The translations under genes were made by a program, and so were the position numbers. A model generated the notes under the pieces. The model made no database searches and had not been told where the DNA came from. It worked only from the letters and a program-made list of their open reading frames with translations. A DNA stretch of 64,000 bases, from positions 768,001 to 832,000 of the forward strand of contig CBDANF010000003.1 of the NCBI GenBank assembly GCA_965197475.1. The letters are read 5' to 3'. Source of the stretch: Candidatus Poribacteria bacterium (GTDB taxonomy: Bacteria; Poribacteria; WGA-4E; WGA-3G). This document shows positions 28,829 to 38,663 of this stretch, one piece after another; the first letter of the stretch is position 1, and every line of letters starts with the position of its first letter.

Positions 28829-28896
28829 ATTAACGTTTAGCGGTGTAAACGCAAATAGCACTATTAACGTTTAGTGGTGTAAACGCTAATAACACC
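28829..28896. repeat. Two tandem 34-bp units with internal dyad symmetry
   Basis: ATTAACGTTTAG(C/T)GGTGTAAACGC(A/T)AATA(G/A)CAC twice. Confidence 0.85.
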
Positions 28897-28907
28897 TATT
28901 CTTTAAT

Positions 28908-28936
28908 TTGACACTGATCTAATAGAATGCTATACT
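28908..28936 (+). promoter_or_regulatory. Sigma70-type promoter
   Basis: TTGACA-17 bp-TATACT with TGn. Confidence 0.65.
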
Positions 28937-29037
28937 AAATTTTATCGTAAAGGTGTGTCAAAATATACGTTGATACTTTCACACAGACATCTACCGTCTA
29001 AATTCTTCTCAGCACTGTAAGCGAAGGATGGAAACAA

Positions 29038-29280
29038 ATGAGACATACAAATACACAGAATCTTAACAGCGACTGGACACCAACGCATTACACCGATAAA
29101 GAAGCCTCCTTGTTAGCGATAATTCAAGAAAATTCACGATTGCCGGAAAAAGATCAGTTGCGCTATCAGCAGCTGTGGCGCAAGTGTGAAAATGAAACCA
29201 TAAGCGATGATGAACTCGCCGAGTATCAGACACTCTTAAGTCAATTGGAAGACGGAAAATTGTTGCCAAACCGCGAATAA
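29038..29280 (+). CDS. Hypothetical small acidic protein (antitoxin-like fragment)
   Basis: AAGGA RBS; LPEKDQLRYQQLWRKCENETISDDELAEY helical pattern; probably truncated. Confidence 0.5.
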   Translation: MRHTNTQNLNSDWTPTHYTDKEASLLAIIQENSRLPEKDQLRYQQLWRKCENETISDDELAEYQTLLSQLEDGKLLPNRE

Positions 29281-29733
29281 CTATTGAAGAAATTAAATTT
29301 TGGAGTGATGCTAATGACAAAAGCAACTTGTCCAGTTCAAAAACGCATACGACTCTCAAAAGGAAAACTCAGTCAATTCTTCACGAATGCTTACTGAAGG
29401 CGGATTGACATTGAAATATTAATAATTAATTTTGACTCAGAAGAACTGTAGTACCGCGAAGAATGGAATAAGTTGTGGTATACGGCATTTTGGGAGGTAC
29501 TTAGCATTGATTACGAGGTTGTCACCTCTGCGGAGGAGGTATAAATAGTGTTTTCTGACAAGCGTACTTTCCCAATTTTGCAGAGAAGTGATTTAAAGAG
29601 TTACATCAATTCTGTTTTCACGAAGTTTAGTGGAAAGTTTAGCATCTATTGTTTGTGTACATCATTATGGCACTTATCAGGTTTTGTGCTAACTTTTAAG
29701 TGAACTTTGCATCAGGTTAAGAAAAACAGAAAT

Positions 29734-29763
29734 TTGACAAATAGATTGGTAAATTGGTATAAT
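29734..29763 (+). promoter_or_regulatory. Sigma70-type promoter
   Basis: TTGACA-18 bp-TATAAT. Confidence 0.6.
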
Positions 29764-29873
29764 ATCTTAAGTCATACAATCTGGAAAACCCAATGCCTGA
29801 TATATGGCAAAGGCAACGTGAATCCAGAAAGTTTCTCCGTTTCCGAATTAGTGGATACGGTAAATCAAGTTTC

Positions 29874-30206
29874 ATGAAAATACCAAACGCCGAACGGGCT
29901 ATTGTGGACATTCGTAAGCTGCGGGATTATTGTCTAAACTTTGAGCATGATGATGGCAAACATAAAGCATACCTGTTTTTCGATGCACTTGGAATTACCG
30001 ATAACGACGCAGAAGAGTTATGCGATGCCTTGTTGGAAGCAATCAAGACACATGATGCACAATTGGGAAAGCGTGATACTTATGGACAACGTTATACAGT
30101 TGATTTTGTGTATGCGTGGAAAAGCAAACAGGCAACAATTCGGAGTGAATGGATTATTGAACAAGGTTCTGACATACCAAGATTGATAACTGCCTATCCA
30201 TTGTAA
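29874..30206 (+). CDS. DUF6883-like protein
   Basis: MKIPNAERAIVDIRKLRDYCLNFEHDDGKHKA...YGQRY...PRLITAY. Confidence 0.75.
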   Translation: MKIPNAERAIVDIRKLRDYCLNFEHDDGKHKAYLFFDALGITDNDAEELCDALLEAIKTHDAQLGKRDTYGQRYTVDFVYAWKSKQATIRSEWIIEQGSDIPRLITAYPL

Positions 30207-30221
30207 ATTCGGAGGAAAACT

Positions 30222-30527
30222 GTGAAAACCAAATTTTCAAATAATGCACATTTCGGGAACTTGCCTGATTACCATCCAGAACAAAGAGATGTGAAGAAAA
30301 TTGAACTTTTTGATGTTGTTGCGCTTACACACGACTTGCCTGAACATAATCTGTGGCGAGGACAAGTCGGGACAGTCGTTGAGATACTTGCAAACGGGGA
30401 TGCCTTTGAAGTTGAATTTAGTGACCGAGATGGACGCACCTACCAATCCCTCGGGTTTCGTGCACCGCAACTAATGGTCCTTCACCACGAACCAATGCAA
30501 AAACCACCAATCCCTATTAGTGAATAA
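30222..30527 (+). CDS. DUF4926 domain protein
   Basis: LFDVVALTHDLP...RGQVGTVVE...FEVEFSDRDGRTY. Confidence 0.85.
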   Translation: MKTKFSNNAHFGNLPDYHPEQRDVKKIELFDVVALTHDLPEHNLWRGQVGTVVEILANGDAFEVEFSDRDGRTYQSLGFRAPQLMVLHHEPMQKPPIPISE

Positions 30528-30677
30528 CTACGCACAAGATAATGTCTACGTTCTCATATCTCTTTACGAATGTTTTGTGGCAATCTAAACGTTGCTGTGA
30601 AATAGTTGACAATTAATGGATAAATTAGAAAAAATACATTGCCAACGAATCTACTTGGAAAATGGATGGTAAGTAAT

Positions 30678-31590
30678 ATGAATGAAGTCATTCAAAATCT
30701 AAAAAAAATTGAAGAGTGGGTCGATTTCAATTCACCGCCACCGGATTTTGATACGAATACCGAATTTATGAAATTCGCTGTTGAAATTATGAACCGATGC
30801 TTGTACCTGCTCAAAACGGGAGCAGCTTCGGCACCAGATGCAGAAACAGCTAGCAAAGGGTATGCCAAAAACGAGGCAATAATTGTAGGACACATGGTCC
30901 GACTCACAAAACTGTACGAAGGGGTTCTAATGCATATTTGTAGTCATCATCAAGAATTAGCACATATTTTTTTTCGCCTCATATTTGAAACTGCAATAAG
31001 AATGGAGTACCTCATTACATCAAAATCCCAAAAAAAAATCCTTTCAAAGTTTTATTTTAGCTTCTTACAGACCTGAAAAGGAAATGCTTCAGGACTTGGA
31101 AAATAATGCTAAACAAGGGCAACTAATTCCGATTGAAAAAAGGATGAGAAGGAGTATTATATCCTGGCTTAGAAGTGATGGAATCACCCAAAAAGAATTG
31201 TTCAATAATACCATTTGGAATGTTGACGGTAAGAATTTTCGAGATATTATGAATGTATTTGACCTGGATTCTATGTATTCCTATGGATTCGGAATTGCGA
31301 GCCATCATGTCCACGGTGATTGGTTTGATATTGCAAATTATCATCTTAAACAAGATGGAGACCGATACTACACGCCTGATTTATTCTTTACCGAACCGGA
31401 CCCGAGAGCCGCATGTCCAATCACCGGAATTTGTCTTGATAGTCTTTTGAAATATCTTAAGTGGAATAAATCTGATCCTGATAATATAATAAGTACCATT
31501 GTGGAAAAACTGCGCGACCTTAACCTCACACTTGATGCTGCACATGAAAGCAGGCTTAGCGAAGAATATGATGTTTTATCTGAGGAATAA
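30678..31590 (+). pseudogene. DUF5677-like protein split by a +1 frameshift in an A9 run
   Basis: RLIFE and Y..ASHHVHGDW motifs; A8 instead of A9 at 31030-31038 fuses both ORFs (SQKKSFQSFILASYRPEKEM). Confidence 0.7.
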
Positions 31591-32804
31591 TGCCAATGAC
31601 GGAAACAAACAAAATAGCTAAAAATACAAATACGACATTAGCCAAAAGCGCACTTTACTTTTCGCGAAACTACATCATTCTGACTCTGCTACTTTTAACC
31701 ACCCTCTGTGCAACCGCTGCAGACTACGGCAACGACACAATCCGAACGCTATTACCTTTTGATGCAATCCCAGCTATTACAAAGCCGCAGTTTGTGTCTG
31801 CTACCAAAGCAAAATTAGACGCGGATGCGCCTGTCATTGGTGTAACATTCAATGACGAAAGTCATGCTTACTCACTCTATCTGCTGAACGGACACGAGAT
31901 CGTCAACGACGTAGTCGGCGGAAAGAAAATCGCTACCACATGGTGACCGCTCTGCAGAACGGCTATCGTGTATAGCCGGGAACTTGACGGTAAGACCTAT
32001 ACGTTTGGTGTCAGCGGAAAATTGTGGCGAGATGCACTGCTGATGTACGACCACCAGACACGCTCACTGTGGTCTCACATCACTGGGGAAGCGATACAGG
32101 GACCGTTGGAAGGCAAACAATTGAAACCACTCACCTCCATGCCACAAATCACATGGAAAACATGGAAGACAAATTACCCTAATACAAGTTTACTTTCAGT
32201 TCCATTCAGGGGTGGTATGCGCGAAAGCCTTAGTCGTGACTCATATCAAAGGTATCATACAAGCCAAGACACAGGCGTGAGCGGAATGAAATACACCGAT
32301 GACAGGTTACCCAATAAATCTCTCGTAATCGGCATTCAAGTACAGACAAAAGATGGTGCCGATGGCATTGATGGCAGGGACGGTACTGATGGACAGGATG
32401 GTGCCGATGGACAGGATGGAGGTGATGGTGGACAGGGTAATCCTGCACATACCCAGACCGAGGATTCTGGTAACACGCACTATCGCGCCTATTCGCTCAC
32501 ACAATTTACGAAAACCGCTATACTCAATGATACAGTTAACGATGTGCCGTTGTTAATTTTTCACGACAAAGATTCGTTTGCAACGGCAGTTTTTAAACGC
32601 ACAGTAGATAATAGTACGCTAACTTTTACACACAAGGATGGCTATTTCGCACAAGACAGTTCTGGTACAGAATGGAATCTCGTTACAGGTGAAGCGACAT
32701 CGGGTAAACACAAAGGGGAGCGTTTAGAACGACTACCCGCTGTCAATATCTACTGGTTCGCTTGGGCACGCTACTACCCCGAAACAACAATTTACGGTCA
32801 GTAA
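31590..32804 (+). CDS. DUF3179 selenoprotein (UGA at 31944-31946 = Sec, UPLC motif) with collagen-like insert
   Basis: ORFs 31590-31946 and 31968-32804 are in the same frame. Readthrough gives HEIVNDVVGGKKIATTW-U-PLCRTAIVYSR, matching the DUF3179 CPLC motif. Also DAIPAI, FGVSGKL and YWFAW motifs. Confidence 0.88.
31960..31978 (+). promoter_or_regulatory. Candidate bacterial SECIS hairpin
   Basis: CGGCTAT-CGTGT-ATAGCCG: 7-bp stem, G/U-containing loop, 13 nt after the UGA. Confidence 0.7.
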
Positions 32805-32808
32805 TCTA

Positions 32809-33570
32809 TCAATCGTCTAATTCAACGACTTCACCTGCCATATCACGATGCATTGTCGGACGGATAACCAATTCCGGTATGTTGCTCCGTTGCGGTAAAG
32901 TTGCAATGAGGAGAATCGCTGCTGAGGTTTCGGCTACGTCTACCATCATAGTGCGCGCATCAGCATCGGGTGGAATCGGACGTTTGTCCAAAATCGGTGT
33001 TGCCACTTCGCCAGGAATTATAACGCTTGCTCTGATACCTGTATTCCGCAAATCATTGTTAAGAAATTCGGTGAAGTTGATTACCCCTGCCTTTGCTGCT
33101 CCGTAAGCAAATCCACTAAAAGGACCAGGCGTAACCGCTGCAAGCGATGAAATGTTGATAATCGTTCCCGATTTCGCTTTCAGCATTGCAGGCACAACCG
33201 CCTGTGTACAGAAAAACGTGCCAATCAGGTTTGAATCAATGACCGAGCGCGTCTCCTCTGGTGTCGTATTGAGGAGTCGTCGATTGTGTGAACTATGTCC
33301 AGCATTATTCACAAGCACATCAACCCGACCAAATTTCTCAAGCACATCCTCAACCATCTGTTGAACAGCATCGTAATCAGCGACATCAAGTACACAACTC
33401 ACTACTGTGCCACCTGTTGCTTCTATTTCAGATTTAACGACAATTAACTTTGATACTGTTCTGCCAACAATTACAACGTTGGCACCCTCTTGTGCCATTT
33501 TGAGGGCAGCATCGCGACCTATTCCGCTGCCACCACCTGTGATGATACACACCTGTTCCTTTAATTTCAT
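32809..33570 (-). CDS. Short-chain dehydrogenase/reductase
   Basis: TGGGSGIG, NNAG, YGAAK. Confidence 0.93.
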   Translation of the reverse strand: MKLKEQVCIITGGGSGIGRDAALKMAQEGANVVIVGRTVSKLIVVKSEIEATGGTVVSCVLDVADYDAVQQMVEDVLEKFGRVDVLVNNAGHSSHNRRLLNTTPEETRSVIDSNLIGTFFCTQAVVPAMLKAKSGTIINISSLAAVTPGPFSGFAYGAAKAGVINFTEFLNNDLRNTGIRASVIIPGEVATPILDKRPIPPDADARTMMVDVAETSAAILLIATLPQRSNIPELVIRPTMHRDMAGEVVELDD

Positions 33571-34403
33571 TCTTCACCTCCATTTGGTAAAATACGTTGG
33601 ACTGCCGCTTTCAACTCTTTTGAAAGCGATTCCAGTTCATACTGCTCTTCCGAAATCTTATCACGATGTTCATCAAACGGATACCCGCCTTTCCCCGCTT
33701 CATTGAAATAGACGCTCAGTTGATACCGTTGAAAAATGTTCATGCGGGGATAATCTTCTGTCCACGGACTTGCATCGTGGAGCAGATTCGTTGAGAAGAT
33801 AGCGACATCACCTGCTTGCATCGGCAGCGTAATTGAGGCCGGTGGATCGTGCTGGACAGGCAGATGTGCTGGTGTCTGAAATAGGGATTTATGACTTCCG
33901 GGGACAAGGCAAAATCCTGTTCCCGGTGGCACGTCTACCAATGCAACCCACGTCGCAATATGGTTACAATAGATATGCCCTGCGACAGCTTGATAATCGT
34001 TATGCGGATTGCGGAATCCTGGTGGAAACTTAAACCCGCTGTCATCACGATGAAAGTGTTGAGGGTAGTCCTGCTTTGTCATCATCGTGAAATTGTAGTG
34101 AAAGAGGCGCGGGGCATTCATTGTCAAACCCGCTACAACCCGCATAATGTCGTGGTTCATCGCAAGATCTTGAAACAGGCGATGCCCATATTGAATATAT
34201 CCTATATGTGTTTTACAAGGTTCTTGCCTGCCACGGTGTAACGGCGGCGGGATGTCAGATTCATCAATTGTGAGCCAATGCTGAAGCACCTTCAACATCT
34301 CCTCAATCTCGTCCTTTGGAATAACATTTCGCAAGACAAGGAAACCGTGTAAATCAAAATACCACTTTTCCATCTCGGTTAAAGTGGATTGAATAGTATG
34401 CAT
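33567..34403 (-). CDS. Phytanoyl-CoA dioxygenase (PhyH) family protein
   Basis: FDLHGFLVL, FHRD, VPGSHK, GDVAIF...LLH. Confidence 0.9.
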   Translation of the reverse strand: MHTIQSTLTEMEKWYFDLHGFLVLRNVIPKDEIEEMLKVLQHWLTIDESDIPPPLHRGRQEPCKTHIGYIQYGHRLFQDLAMNHDIMRVVAGLTMNAPRLFHYNFTMMTKQDYPQHFHRDDSGFKFPPGFRNPHNDYQAVAGHIYCNHIATWVALVDVPPGTGFCLVPGSHKSLFQTPAHLPVQHDPPASITLPMQAGDVAIFSTNLLHDASPWTEDYPRMNIFQRYQLSVYFNEAGKGGYPFDEHRDKISEEQYELESLSKELKAAVQRILPNGGEE

Positions 34404-34497
34404 TAAATTTCTCCACAGTTACTGGTTGTGTTGAACAATAGATTATCAAAATTACCTAAAATTTACAAGGGATGACAGTTGGGATTTAACTATCCGC

Positions 34498-34525
34498 TTG
34501 ACAAAAATCTAAAAACACCTATAAT
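34498..34525 (+). promoter_or_regulatory. Sigma70 consensus promoter
   Basis: TTGACA-16 bp-TATAAT. Confidence 0.65.
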
Positions 34526-34647
34526 TGAAATGGAGTTCACAATCTGATTGACCCCAAGAAAACAAGGGCAGAGCATACGCTAATAACACCACGATAGAGA
34601 ATATAATTTATCTATAGCAGAATTTTACCTATTGAAGGAGCATCACA

Positions 34648-35892
34648 ATGTCAAAACGAATAAAAATCGGACTCATTGGGTGCGGCATGATATCCGGTTC
34701 ACACGTCAACGGATATCTGGCACATCCACAGCACGCCGAAATCGTTGCTGTTTGCGATACAGTTGACGCAAACGCAAAACGGAGAGCCGCGGAAGTGCTA
34801 TCTGGCGCGGAAGCACGCGCGAACGCCGCGACCGCTGACGCAGAAAAAGCGGATACAGCAGAAGCGCGCGATCGCTTGAAAGAAAACGCCGCACGTTGGA
34901 CAGAGTATAAAGATAACGGTGTTGAAATCTTCAGTGATTACAACGAAATGTTGAAAACGTGTGAGTTGGATGCTGTCAGTCTTGCCACACCCCCTTTTGC
35001 CCATGAGGCACCTACAGTGGCAGCTGCAAACGCCGGAAAACACGTTTTCTGTGAAAAACCGATGGCGCGCACAGCAACTGAGGCGAGAAACATGCGCGAT
35101 GCATGCGACAAGGCAGGTGTTAAACTTGCCTATCAGAGCGGCGGCACATGTCTTGATCCGAGAAGTTACGCTATCCGAGAGTATGTTACATCAGGAAAAA
35201 TCGGAGATGTCCACTACGGTAGGCTTACCAGTTACCGCGTGCGCGGCAGACCCAATGTAGATATGTTCGGCTACGGCAAGTGGTTCCTCAATTCAGTTTA
35301 CAGCGGTGGCGGCACATTATACGACACAGGCGTTTACCTCATCAATCGTTCTATTTATCTGCTCGGTTCACCACAGCCTGCTACTATCAGCGGTATCGCC
35401 TACCGCGGGATGCCCCCAGAATACACAGGTGAAGAGATAAACGACGTTGAGGAATTCGCATCCATGTTTGTCCGATTTACGAATGGAATGTCGTTTACGT
35501 ATGAAAACGGTTGGTCATGCAATATGGCAGGGCAACCGCAAGGCATCTTCATCTTCGGTTCTAAAGGTTCATTTAGCAACGATAAACTCTTCCTTGAAAA
35601 AGGAGAGTGGGATACCGATGATCAGGGCAACCGCCGCCGCTATCGCGAAAATCTCGTTGAAACACCTTTGGAACTGCCAGATATGCACTTCCCCGATAAG
35701 TTCCGCGACTTTCTCAACGCCTGCAACAGCGATGCGCAACCTGTCAGCAATGGTGATATTGGTCTGAAGGTTACAGAAATCATGAGCGGTGCGCTCCTAT
35801 CAGCAAAACTCCGCCGTGAAGTTAGCGTAGAAGAACTTTACGAACTTGAGGCACTCCGTACTGAACCGACACCGGGTTGGCCTATCCCATAA
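34648..35892 (+). CDS. Gfo/Idh/MocA oxidoreductase
   Basis: IGLIGCG, GKHVFCEKPM, SGGGTLYD; Ala/Glu-rich helical insert. Confidence 0.92.
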   Translation: MSKRIKIGLIGCGMISGSHVNGYLAHPQHAEIVAVCDTVDANAKRRAAEVLSGAEARANAATADAEKADTAEARDRLKENAARWTEYKDNGVEIFSDYNEMLKTCELDAVSLATPPFAHEAPTVAAANAGKHVFCEKPMARTATEARNMRDACDKAGVKLAYQSGGTCLDPRSYAIREYVTSGKIGDVHYGRLTSYRVRGRPNVDMFGYGKWFLNSVYSGGGTLYDTGVYLINRSIYLLGSPQPATISGIAYRGMPPEYTGEEINDVEEFASMFVRFTNGMSFTYENGWSCNMAGQPQGIFIFGSKGSFSNDKLFLEKGEWDTDDQGNRRRYRENLVETPLELPDMHFPDKFRDFLNACNSDAQPVSNGDIGLKVTEIMSGALLSAKLRREVSVEELYELEALRTEPTPGWPIP

Positions 35893-36075
35893 AAGAACAT
35901 TCGGTTTTCCGGAGGTTACCCTTTCTCCAGTAAAATCCTTCTAATAACAAAAACAGAAAGTTGATATAATCATCTATGTCGGGATAATACATTTGGTTCT
36001 CCTTGATATTCTTGATTAATCAAAGGATACCAATTATCCTGACATTTTCAAACAATAATTATGAGCCACCTTCAG
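35882..36075 (-). mobile_element. Probable IS left-end remnant with truncated transposase start
   Basis: End motif CTGAAGGTGGCTCATA; long hairpin 35976-36045 covering the AAGGAG RBS and ATG (35992) of a short ORF MYYPDIDDYINFLFLLLEGF. Confidence 0.5.
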
Positions 36076-36079
36076 TTAA

Positions 36080-36409
36080 CTGAGGGTGGGCTCATAATTA
36101 TTAATGATATATCTGGATTTAATGGCATCAGGAACGCTCCACCGTGTTGTTCGCCTACCTTCATTGGTGCGGTTTCCCGCCAAATCATGCGGAATCATGT
36201 AGAATGCCAAAAGCGCATTCTACCACGCGCATTCCACCGAGCGCATTTGGCGTTGATTCACTTTACCGAAATACCTTCAAAAGCATGTTAGCACTTTCTA
36301 AAGAGTGAATGAGTTGCTCAACTGCAAACTTCACTTACTAATAATCTCCAACAGATGAAGTCCATTATTGCTTGTGTTGCTGAAAAATATAAATATGAAC
36401 CACCCTCAG
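36080..36409. mobile_element. MITE, 330 bp
   Basis: TIRs CTGAGGGTGGGCTCATA / TATGAACCACCCTCAG. Confidence 0.75.
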
Positions 36410-36706
36410 TTATCTATAAATTATACGACAAATCCCTTTATAATAAGGTTCTGTTTTAACAATTTCTAAAAATGCCGATCTATCCACTAAAAATCGGAAA
36501 AAATAAGAAAATTCATAGAATTTTGTACTTTTTCAAGCAAATTTGCCATTTTTTACAGATTTAATTTGACTTTTGGGATGAACTTAAATATAATTAACCG
36601 TATTGGGTTATATCAATACATTTAATATCAACTTAATTAAGATTGTCTTAATGTAGTTTTGAGGTTTGGTTTTTTCTACTTAGGTGGTAGCTTTAGTATA
36701 TTTATC

Positions 36707-36921
36707 CTGAAGGTAGTTCATAATATTGATGAAGTATCTGGGCTAAAGGCAGCAGTCACGCTCACCGTGCTGTCCGCTTGCCCTGAAATACCTGCAAAAG
36801 CATGTTAGCGCGTTTTAAAGAGTGAATGAATTGTTCAACTACAAACTGCTCCTATTAATAATCACTAACAAATGAAGTCCGTTTTTGTGTGTGTTGCTAA
36901 AAAATTATGAACCACCCTCAA
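36707..36921. mobile_element. MITE, 215 bp, internal-deletion relative of 36080-36409
   Basis: TIRs CTGAAGGTAGTTCATA / TATGAACCACCCTCAA; both arms align with the longer copy. Confidence 0.75.
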
Positions 36922-37304
36922 TTAGATATCCTTAATAACAAGAATTTAATTTGTGTATGCAGAACACAACGTAAAAGAGGGGATTTTAGAATGTTACAAT
37001 CGGAAATGGTAGCATTTTCATCTGTTTCCTATTGGCGGACATTGCGGTGTTTGCAAGCATAGCGGTTGCTGCAAATCGAGACTCTTTCAAACCTCCTTTC
37101 ACCGAGGAACAGTATTAGACCAGTTGAAAGAAAACTATGATACAGGAACCTTCCTTGATCCTTGATCATAGGAACTCTATTATCCTAAAAAATACACAAA
37201 TTACAAAAATCTGCAATTTGCTATTAACTTTTTCTATTTAAGGTTTATATAAGGTTAAAAGATGTCTCAAGAGACAGATGCTTTGAAAAGGGGAGGGGTC
37301 TCTG

Positions 37305-37967
37305 ATGAAATTGAAATGTCAATTGACAGGTGCGAAATGTCCACCTTACTCACACGAGGGTGAATTTCAACCAAACAACGCAACAATTACCGGCCTTTTA
37401 TCTGATTTACATCGGTGTGCGAACTGTATTGCGTATGATCCACCATCGTTCCCTGCGTTCCGAGACGATTTGATACAAATCGCTTCCATAACACTCATAG
37501 AAAAAGGACCCGCGTTCAATCCTGCACATGAAAGTGGTGCCAGTTTCGGAACTTTCATCCGCCCACGGATTTGCGGAAGTTTGATATACGCGAAGCATAA
37601 AGAACTCAAACACCATGCTCGTGAATGCCCCGAATCCTATATAGATGTAGATATCAACAGGTTACTAAATGTTGAAGACGAGAAAGATATAGACTTTATT
37701 CAAAATGTCCCTCATCCCGATGCCGAATATTTTGTGAATAGACTTGTTTGGGAGATATCACTTGCAAATTTTGAGAAAGTTCTGCCTCAACTCCTTGAAG
37801 CATTGACTCGCCGTGAACAACAGGTTTTCGCCTGCATTCGCGAGGATATGCCGAATTGTGATATTGCTAAGATATTGGAACTTAGCTCACCGCGAATCAG
37901 TCAGTTGGTCCGAACCATAGAACAGAAGTTGCGGAGAGAATGCCAAAAGTTCGGATTAATTGAATAA
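37305..37967 (+). CDS. Sigma-70 family sigma factor with Cys-rich N-terminus
   Basis: DDLIQIASITLIE...F.P...GASFGTF (region 2); LTRREQQVF...IAKILELSSPRISQL (region 4). Confidence 0.85.
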   Translation: MKLKCQLTGAKCPPYSHEGEFQPNNATITGLLSDLHRCANCIAYDPPSFPAFRDDLIQIASITLIEKGPAFNPAHESGASFGTFIRPRICGSLIYAKHKELKHHARECPESYIDVDINRLLNVEDEKDIDFIQNVPHPDAEYFVNRLVWEISLANFEKVLPQLLEALTRREQQVFACIREDMPNCDIAKILELSSPRISQLVRTIEQKLRRECQKFGLIE

Positions 37968-38056
37968 AACTTTGCGCTATACCAGCAACCCTGAATATAC
38001 GTTTCAACGGTTTTTGATTAGTGACACACTATCTATTGGAGAATAGGAGAAAGTTC

Positions 38057-38404
38057 ATGACAACAATAATTCGTCAAAAAAACGGAATCACAATTTTGGA
38101 ACTGACTGGGAAAATCATTGGTGAGGCCATACCAGAGTTACGGGCGATCATGATAAGACAAATAGACATTTCTGAAACACCGCGTTTCTTTATCAATTTC
38201 AAGGGCGTTCATAAGATGGACAGTTCGGGACTCGGCACACTCATCAGTGTGCATAATATGGCACGGATAAAACAGGGGCGGATCGGTATCATCAATGTTG
38301 AGAAAAATATCAAGAACTTGATTGTGCAAAGTCGGCTTATCAACATTTTTGAACATTTTGAGACAGAAGCTGCTGCGTTATCAGAACTTTCAAGGAGGTA
38401 CTGA
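38057..38404 (+). CDS. STAS domain anti-sigma factor antagonist
   Basis: FKGVHKMDSSGLGTL with the conserved phospho-Ser. Confidence 0.92.
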   Translation: MTTIIRQKNGITILELTGKIIGEAIPELRAIMIRQIDISETPRFFINFKGVHKMDSSGLGTLISVHNMARIKQGRIGIINVEKNIKNLIVQSRLINIFEHFETEAAALSELSRRY

Positions 38405-38503
38405 CACGATTCAACTGGACATTACCCCCTGATACATCTGAGCATCATGGCAGTGATTGATACTCTAAAGGGATAAGCGTCAACTTACTCTTTTTCTCGC
38501 AAT

Positions 38504-38544
38504 AGGCAGGTAACCGATCCCGTTGTTACCTGTCTTTACTTTTT
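38504..38544 (+). terminator. Probable intrinsic terminator
   Basis: AGGCAGGTAAC...GTTACCTGTCT followed by TTACTTTTT. Confidence 0.55.
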
Positions 38545-38587
38545 AAGAAGTGCCATAGCAATACATGAATACCTCATAGATTTAAGG

Positions 38588-38616
38588 TTGACAATTACGC
38601 TTAAATTAGGTATCCT
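38588..38616 (+). promoter_or_regulatory. Sigma70-type promoter
   Basis: TTGACA-17 bp-TATCCT. Confidence 0.5.
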
Positions 38617-38663
38617 TATAATAACGCAAGAATCATTCATAATAACATCAATTGAGGTGTACA

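Noticed and set aside
28829-28896. CRISPR array
   Set aside because: Only two adjacent units with no spacer and no cas genes.
29790-29865. Purine riboswitch-like leader (GATATATGG, AGTTTCTCC)
   Set aside because: Spacing, P1 stem and loop-loop complement do not fit, and the downstream gene is unrelated to purines.
36268-36921. Prophage att sites or a TnpB/IscB guide RNA
   Set aside because: No integrase, phage, TnpB or IscB gene nearby; the repeats are explained by two related TIR-bounded elements.
36975-37160. Small secreted protein gene
   Set aside because: The hydrophobic stretch is not in frame with the ATG and ends at an early stop; at most a decayed fragment.
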